Shown here: piece after piece, positions 58,305 to 64,000 of the stretch | How positions within the stretch are numbered: position 1 is the stretch's first letter | Layout of the letters: each line of letters opens with the position of its first letter | Source: Clostridia bacterium | GTDB lineage: Bacteria > Bacillota > Clostridia > HGM11327 | DNA: 64,000 nucleotides | NCBI GenBank assembly: GCA_045627045.1 | Contig: JAZQMY010000056.1 | Coordinates: forward strand, 47,995-111,994 | Reading direction: 5' to 3' | The notes under the pieces: model-generated | What the model was told of the DNA's origin: nothing | The model's input: the letters and a program-made list of their open reading frames with translations, nothing else | Databases searched by the model: none | Translations under genes and position numbers: made by a program

Positions 58305-59345
58305 TCAGCCTGCAAAGAATGCGGCGATTCTCGCGACGTGTCCCTCTGAATCAGGCTCACGTTCCGGTCTGATCACGAGCTTGACCTCGTGCTTGCCGTA
58401 AGGAAGTTCGTCTTCAATAAGCTCGATAGCGTTTCTGTCGAAATAGATGGAGGCTCCGTCCCAGAAGCGGAAATATCTGTCATACTTGCCGTCAATATAG
58501 ATATCCATATTGCCGCCGTCCTTTTCCATTCTCGTGTAGACAGCACATACAGTGCCTTCAAATTCGAATGTGATAGTCGTTCCCGGCTCGTCAGCATAAA
58601 CGTAATGGAGATCGCTCTGCCAGAGAGTTCTTGCCTTGGAAGCAGCCCAGCCCTCCTGAAGAGGTTCTTCTGCGCAGATGATCATCTTGGGATCGTTGAA
58701 GTCGATTCCGTGAACAGGCTTTTCTGCGAGAACAGGAGCAAAGTCAAAGTTATAGATATTGTTGTTTATGCTTTCTGCATAAGACTCAATTCCGCGGATG
58801 TTCGGGTGAACGGTATCGGATGTAAACTTGAGAGCGTCGCCGCCTTCGGCTTCGATCTTGTCTTTAAGATCGTATCCCATATAAATGCAGGGAATATTGT
58901 ATGCATCGGCGATTTCCTTGTGCTGCTGATATATCTTTGCGGGGGTTTCTCTTGAGTTACCTTCGCAGAGTGACTTTGTGTATGCGAAAAGGTAAACAAT
59001 AGGAAGACTAGGCTTATATTTGAGTGCAGTACGTGTGATGTTCTCAAAGAACTTGAGGTATCTGTCGCCGCCGCCGCTGTCGTTTACTGAATATTCTACG
59101 AAAATAATGTCGGGATCCTTTGAAAGAAGGTCACGGCTCATCTTGAAAAGACCGAGAACGGAGCGTGTGCCGCCGTCTGCGATATTGATTTCGTTGAACG
59201 TTTTATTCGGATACTGATTCCTGAGAATGTTGAGGAATGACTTCGGGTATCTCGGGTCCTCAGGCATACCGACTGCCGTGATGGAACCGCCCATGAAGCC
59301 TATATTGATAGTATCCTTGCTGTTGATGATGTCAATGAATTTCAT
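58305..59345 (-). CDS. SGNH/GDSL-hydrolase family protein (esterase domain plus C-terminal beta-sandwich-like domain), paralog 1
   Basis: Block I 'GFMGGSIT' (Ser), II 'ADGGT', III 'YSVNDSG', V 'DTVHPN'. C-terminus 'SEGHVARIAAFFAG' shared with the three genes upstream. No signal peptide. Confidence 0.7.
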   Translation of the reverse strand: MKFIDIINSKDTINIGFMGGSITAVGMPEDPRYPKSFLNILRNQYPNKTFNEINIADGGTRSVLGLFKMSRDLLSKDPDIIFVEYSVNDSGGGDRYLKFFENITRTALKYKPSLPIVYLFAYTKSLCEGNSRETPAKIYQQHKEIADAYNIPCIYMGYDLKDKIEAEGGDALKFTSDTVHPNIRGIESYAESINNNIYNFDFAPVLAEKPVHGIDFNDPKMIICAEEPLQEGWAASKARTLWQSDLHYVYADEPGTTITFEFEGTVCAVYTRMEKDGGNMDIYIDGKYDRYFRFWDGASIYFDRNAIELIEDELPYGKHEVKLVIRPEREPDSEGHVARIAAFFAG

Positions 59346-59369
59346 GCTTTTTTCCTTTGCTTTTTTTAT

Positions 59370-60422
59370 TTATCCCACGAGGAATGCCGCAATTCTTGCA
59401 ACGTGTCCCTCTGAACGTTTGTCTCTGTTTTCACGGATGACTATTTTTACGTGGTGTTTTCCTTTTTCAAGACTGTCAGTGAAAAGCTCAAATGCGTTTC
59501 TCTCGAAAGTCAGGCAGTAAATGTCCCAGAATGAAATATCCTTGACGTATTTGCCGTCAATATAGACTTCAGCAAAGCCTCCGTCCTTTTCCATTCTTGT
59601 ATAAAGTCCGCATGTGGTGCCTTCAAAGTCGAACTCAACGCTTGCGCCTGCCTTGTCGGAGTAGATGTAGTGGAGAGGGCTGAGCCAGAGTGTTCTTGTT
59701 GTTGAAACGTCCCAATCCTCGGGAAGCTCCATATTTTCGCAGGCAATGAGGTGTGCATCCGGGTAGTCAGTGCCGGAGTATGTTTCTTCTTCAAAGTGAA
59801 TTGTTGAGAAATCGAACTTGAAGATATTTTCCATGATAACGTCAGTATAGAAAGAGTGACCTGCATCATTTGGGTGAACTCCGTCAAATGTGTATTTTAT
59901 ATTGCTGCCGGTTTCTTCTGCTTCTTTTATCTTGTCGTCAAGAGCATATGCAAGGTCAATGCATGGAATACCGTATTTTTCGGCAATTGCTTTATGCGTG
60001 CGATAGATGAGGGCGGGTTCTTCTCTTGTTGTTCCGTCAACGATTCCCTTCGCATAAGCAAAGAGGTAAACAATAGGAAGATCAGGGTACGCACGGAGAG
60101 CATTTCTGGTGATGCTCTCGAAGTACTTGACCATTTTTTCGCCTGGACCGTTGTCATTTACGGAATACTCTATGAAAAGCATATCGGGCTTTTTGCTGAG
60201 TACGTCAAAACTGAGCTTGAAAAGTCCCAGAGCAGAGGGCGTGCCGCCTGTTGCGGCGTTAAGCTCCGTGAAGTGAACCTCCGGAACTTTCTCGTTCATT
60301 CTTCTGACAAATTCTTTTGGGTAGCGTATATCCTTCTCGTAGTAACTTTTTTCTGTGATTGAGCCTCCGACATAGGCTATTGTAAATTCTTTCTTTCCTT
60401 TGTATAATTCTTCAAATGTCAT
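59370..60422 (-). CDS. SGNH/GDSL-hydrolase family protein, paralog 2
   Basis: 'AYVGGSIT', 'NAATGGT', 'YSVNDNG', 'DGVHPN'; C-terminus 'SEGHVARIAAFLVG'. Confidence 0.7.
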   Translation of the reverse strand: MTFEELYKGKKEFTIAYVGGSITEKSYYEKDIRYPKEFVRRMNEKVPEVHFTELNAATGGTPSALGLFKLSFDVLSKKPDMLFIEYSVNDNGPGEKMVKYFESITRNALRAYPDLPIVYLFAYAKGIVDGTTREEPALIYRTHKAIAEKYGIPCIDLAYALDDKIKEAEETGSNIKYTFDGVHPNDAGHSFYTDVIMENIFKFDFSTIHFEEETYSGTDYPDAHLIACENMELPEDWDVSTTRTLWLSPLHYIYSDKAGASVEFDFEGTTCGLYTRMEKDGGFAEVYIDGKYVKDISFWDIYCLTFERNAFELFTDSLEKGKHHVKIVIRENRDKRSEGHVARIAAFLVG

Positions 60423-60436
60423 AGTATTTCTCCGTT

Positions 60437-61471
60437 TCAGCCTACAAGGAATGATGCAACTCTGATTACGTGACCTTCGGAATCAGGCTGATTCTTGTCT
60501 GATACGACGATCTTTACAGTGTGCTTTCCGAAGGGAAGATTTTCTGCAAGCTGAACATGAGCATTTCTGTCGAAGTCGTTGCAGTATTTATCCCATGTTG
60601 TCTGATTGCGGACAAACTGGCCGTCAATATAGAGATCAAATGTGCCTGAATCCTTCTCAAATCTTGTGTAAAGACCTACCGTTGTGCCTTCAAACTCTGT
60701 TTCAACGTATGAGCCGGGAATATCGCCGCAGGCATAGTGAAGGTCGGAATTCCAGAGAGTCTTCTTTGACATCTTGAAGCCGTGTGTGAGCTCAAGCTCT
60801 TCGGCCTTGATCATTCCCGGATTGTTGAATTCAACACCGAAAACAGGCTCTTCGGGGAATGTGAATGAGAATTCTTTGCTGAAAACGTCTCTCATCATGC
60901 TGTCAACGTATGACTTGTAGCCGTAATCGTTCGGATGAACGCCGTCCTGTGTGAATGAGCTTACATCGCCGCCGTAATCCTTGATTTTCTGATGAACCTC
61001 ATATCCCATTTCAACGCAGGGAGCGCCGTATGCTTCTGCAATTTTCTTTTCGTTGCGAACCATGTTCGAATCAGGGCCGTTATCATATTCGCCGCGTGCG
61101 TATGTGAAAAGAGATACGATGGGGAGATTGGGATTGTAACGTCTTGCGGCACGGAAAATGCCTTCATAGAACTTGAAACTCTTGTCACCGTAGCCTGCAT
61201 CGTTTACGGCAAACTCAACAAAGAGCATATCGATTTTCTTGTCGAGAAGCTCAGGTCTGAGTCTGAAAAGACCGAGGTTTGAGCCTGTGCCGCCTACACC
61301 GGCGTTTATTTCAATGAACTTTGTTTCGGGAATGCGCTTGTTGAGCATTGTTGTAAAAAGAGTTGTATATCTGAAATCGGGCTTTGAAGCGCCGCAGCCT
61401 TCAGTGATCGAGCCGCCGAGGTAACCAATTCGGAATTCTTCTTTTCCATTTACTATTTCTTCAAATTTCAT
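60437..61471 (-). CDS. SGNH/GDSL-hydrolase family protein, paralog 3
   Basis: 'GYLGGSITEG', 'NAGVGGTGS', 'FAVNDAG', 'DGVHPN'; C-terminus 'SEGHVIRVASFLVG'. Confidence 0.7.
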   Translation of the reverse strand: MKFEEIVNGKEEFRIGYLGGSITEGCGASKPDFRYTTLFTTMLNKRIPETKFIEINAGVGGTGSNLGLFRLRPELLDKKIDMLFVEFAVNDAGYGDKSFKFYEGIFRAARRYNPNLPIVSLFTYARGEYDNGPDSNMVRNEKKIAEAYGAPCVEMGYEVHQKIKDYGGDVSSFTQDGVHPNDYGYKSYVDSMMRDVFSKEFSFTFPEEPVFGVEFNNPGMIKAEELELTHGFKMSKKTLWNSDLHYACGDIPGSYVETEFEGTTVGLYTRFEKDSGTFDLYIDGQFVRNQTTWDKYCNDFDRNAHVQLAENLPFGKHTVKIVVSDKNQPDSEGHVIRVASFLVG

Positions 61472-61524
61472 GATTATTTCCTTTCGTGAGAAAAACTAAT
61501 ATTCAATGCGGAAAACCGCCAATA

Positions 61525-62553
61525 TTATGCATAGAGTATTGCTGCGATCTTAACGGCGTGCCCTTCCGAGGTGGGCTCTGCCTTGTCGGAAACGACAATT
61601 CTGACAGTGTGCTTTTTGTATTCGATCGAATCAAAGAGACACACATGAGCATTTCTGTCAAAATCAACACAGAACCTGTCATGGAATGACTGCGTATGCA
61701 GGAACTTCCCGTCAAGATAGATATCAGCTCTGCCTGTACCGACTTCGAAGCGGCAGTAAAGTCCGCAGGTCGTGCCGGTGAATTCAAATTCAATGGCAGC
61801 TCCGGGCTTGTCCGATGTGATGTAGTTCAGATCGGAGCCTGAAAGCGTTCTTTTTGAGAGCAACCAATCATCCGTATGGGGAATATCCTTTGCAATAAGC
61901 ATAACGGGATTTGCCAGATCCGTTCCCGATATTGCCTTTTCGGGGAAAGTATAGCCGAAGTCTGCTTCGGAAATTGCTTTCATCATACAGTCAACGTAAA
62001 CCTTGTAGCCGTAATCTGATGGGTGTCCGTCATCTATGGTGAAAAACGTTCTGTCACCGCCGTAATCAAGCATTTTTTCCTTCAGAACAAGACCAATATC
62101 AACGCACGGAATGCCGTATTCTGCGGCAATCTTTTCCTGAACTGCAGCAATGTGCGGCTTTTGCTCGGTGTGCGAATACAAGTCTGCCATAAGGCACATG
62201 ATGGGCATATCGGGAGCAAAACGTCTTGCTGTTCTGATGATTCCCTCAAAATATTTGAACGAGGCGTCTCCGAAACTCTTGTCATTCACGGCATATTCGA
62301 TGAAAAGCATATCGATTCCCTTGTCGAGAAGCTCTCTTTTCAGCCTGAAAAGTCCGAGAGCGGATGTTGTTCCGCCGATGCCGGCATTGATTTCGGTGAA
62401 GGTTGTGTCGGGAAAGCGCCTGTTCATCATTGAGGTGAAAAGTGATGTGTATCGGTACTTTGTTTCCGAAGCACCGAAGCCTTCGGTCAGTGAACCTCCG
62501 ATAAAGCCGAGGGTGTAATTGCTTTTTTCTTTGATTATGTCAGAAAATTTCAT
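61525..62553 (-). CDS. SGNH/GDSL-hydrolase family protein, paralog 4
   Basis: 'GFIGGSLTEG', 'NAGIGGTTS', 'YAVND', 'DDGHPSD'; C-terminus 'SEGHAVKIAAILYA'. 4-nt overlap with the upstream gene. Confidence 0.7.
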   Translation of the reverse strand: MKFSDIIKEKSNYTLGFIGGSLTEGFGASETKYRYTSLFTSMMNRRFPDTTFTEINAGIGGTTSALGLFRLKRELLDKGIDMLFIEYAVNDKSFGDASFKYFEGIIRTARRFAPDMPIMCLMADLYSHTEQKPHIAAVQEKIAAEYGIPCVDIGLVLKEKMLDYGGDRTFFTIDDGHPSDYGYKVYVDCMMKAISEADFGYTFPEKAISGTDLANPVMLIAKDIPHTDDWLLSKRTLSGSDLNYITSDKPGAAIEFEFTGTTCGLYCRFEVGTGRADIYLDGKFLHTQSFHDRFCVDFDRNAHVCLFDSIEYKKHTVRIVVSDKAEPTSEGHAVKIAAILYA

Positions 62554-64000
62554 TGCTGCTTCCTTTTGATGTGTGTTATTTTAAGCGGATGTCTGAATGT
62601 TGCGACGGGTGATATTGTTGCATCTTCCGTGCAGCGCCAGCGTGCATCGTAACCTGAAAGGTTTGAATGTATTGACGGTCCTCTCATATCGCCCTTGCCC
62701 GTGATGGTTTCGATGAAATGATAATTTTCATCAAGGTGAGTAAGAGTATTCTTTCCGTCAAACAGAAGATAATGTCCGCCGGGAATATTGATTCCTTCAA
62801 ATGATACGATAGGACTGTAACCGCCCCAACCGCCGTGAATGGCGAACTTTGTCATTGCGCCCTTTTCTGCAAGAGAGCCTACTCTTATCTTGAGCGTGAA
62901 CGGCGTTTTTATCGTTACTCTGTCGATACACATTGTGCTTGAGAATTCTCCGTCAGAACCTCTGTTGTTGTATCTCAGATGGAAGTCCTGATTGTGCATT
63001 CGGAAAACGTCCCAACCGTTATCAGTTTCTTCAACGTGCCATTCTGCATATTCGTCCTTCATTTCATCACGAAGCGACTGCGGTATGTCTCCGTTGAATC
63101 TCAAATCACTCCAGATTCTGACGGCATCAAGAAGCTCGTCCGTCAGACCGTGTTTGAGAAGCACGCTTTCTGCGGTATCGAGTCCGAAGCCTGCATCCCA
63201 TGCAACGGTGGAGGAGAGTGTATGCTCGAAATTCTCAAGGCTTGTTGCTTCGAATCTGTCATATGCAAGCATGATCTTGTACTGACCTAGCATTCTTGGC
63301 ATGAAGTTTCTCTCGAAGAATTCCTGATTTCCTGCTCTGTAAGCAGGCATTCCGCCTCTGTCGGGATAATCGTAATAGGGTTCGCCCCAGTTGAAGTAGC
63401 TGTGTATATGCCAACGGTAATGAGATGGCATGCTTGCATCGCACAGAACGCTGTCACCGAATATTTTATAGCAATCATCGGTGTATTTTGAGCAGGCGTA
63501 TTCGCCTCTGCCGGTGTAAAGACAGCCTTCGAGTCCGTCAAAAGACATACGGCTGATTCCTGCGTACTTCATCAGACTTGCCACTCTCTGTCCCATTTCG
63601 TGCTGAAGCTCGAGATTCGGGAAAAGCGTCTTGTAGCCGTGGTCGAAAAGACGGAGAAGCTCGTCACCCTTTTTGTGAGCGGCAGGAGTTGTTTTGTAGG
63701 CGCCTCTTGTAACGTTTACGAGAGTGAGCTTGTCATCGCTTTCATCAAGCTTTTCAAATGTTGCAAGCTCATCGCCCATTCTTATGCAGTTGAGGTTGCT
63801 TCTTTTTCCGAAATTCTTTTTGTCACGGATCACGATTGAGGTGGCGCTTTCGTCAATATCCTCAAGAATTACCGTTCTGTCCATGACAAGAAGTCTGTCA
63901 TCCGGCTTGCCCTCAACGTAGGGATCGTTTGTGTTTATAAAGTTGCTCAGGGTATGGAAACCTGATTCAATGCCTTTGCTCTTTGCATATTCGACAGATT
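62550..64000 (-). CDS. Large uncharacterised protein, 5' partial (frame open to the window end), possibly a glycan-processing enzyme co-operonic with the SGNH array
   Basis: The minus-strand frame stays open past the ORF-track Met at 63884 to nt 64000. Trp/Tyr/His-rich sequence ('HIHSYFNWGEPYYDYPDRGG'). No family recognised. Confidence 0.45.
   Translation of the reverse strand, partial: SVEYAKSKGIESGFHTLSNFINTNDPYVEGKPDDRLLVMDRTVILEDIDESATSIVIRDKKNFGKRSNLNCIRMGDELATFEKLDESDDKLTLVNVTRGAYKTTPAAHKKGDELLRLFDHGYKTLFPNLELQHEMGQRVASLMKYAGISRMSFDGLEGCLYTGRGEYACSKYTDDCYKIFGDSVLCDASMPSHYRWHIHSYFNWGEPYYDYPDRGGMPAYRAGNQEFFERNFMPRMLGQYKIMLAYDRFEATSLENFEHTLSSTVAWDAGFGLDTAESVLLKHGLTDELLDAVRIWSDLRFNGDIPQSLRDEMKDEYAEWHVEETDNGWDVFRMHNQDFHLRYNNRGSDGEFSSTMCIDRVTIKTPFTLKIRVGSLAEKGAMTKFAIHGGWGGYSPIVSFEGINIPGGHYLLFDGKNTLTHLDENYHFIETITGKGDMRGPSIHSNLSGYDARWRCTEDATISPVATFRHPLKITHIKRKQQ

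Noticed and set aside
57737-58360. 207-aa minus-strand ORF overlapping the lipoprotein gene 57272-58243
   Set aside because: It runs through a bidirectional terminator and the sense gene's coding region, and has no RBS.

Overview
This is a 64 kb window from a low/moderate-GC Firmicutes (Clostridia-like) chromosome; most genes have GGAGG-type ribosome-binding sites and TTGACA/TATAAT promoters. Housekeeping backbone: scpA-scpB, nfnAB-like oxidoreductase, trpS, rnhA, trmB, pcrA-ligA, dxs-tlyA-nadK-argR-recN, asnA, ptsH. Accessory content, start to end: (1) 1-7.1 kb, a very large Cys/His-repeat surface adhesin (5' partial) immediately upstream of a SipW-type signal peptidase and five paralogous TasA/camelysin-like proteins with SipW-cognate signal peptides, plus a sixth C-terminally anchored protein. 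I read this as a TasA-type fibre locus. (2) 9.2-14.6 kb, a putative organophosphate cluster: GlpT/UhpT-like MFS transporter, two tandem alkaline-phosphatase-superfamily enzymes (one fused to a LamG-like domain), a translationally coupled CDP-alcohol phosphatidyltransferase, a sugar-phosphate isomerase/epimerase TIM barrel, and a MarR regulator with a palindromic operator. (3) Two phage-derived modules about 19 kb apart, separated by core genes and without integrase, tail or endolysin genes: large terminase plus portal on the minus strand at 24.8-28.6 kb; scaffold, major-capsid-like, structural and TcdE-type holin genes on the plus strand at 47.8-52.1 kb. (4) 41.4-45.8 kb, a decayed accessory stretch with a frameshift at a T5 homopolymer in a small secreted-protein gene, a small Cys-rich peptide, a C39-like peptidase and a PQQ-repeat lipoprotein. 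(5) 58.3-64 kb, four tandem diverged SGNH/GDSL hydrolase paralogs next to a large uncharacterised protein (5' partial). No rRNA, tRNA or CRISPR arrays were recognised.
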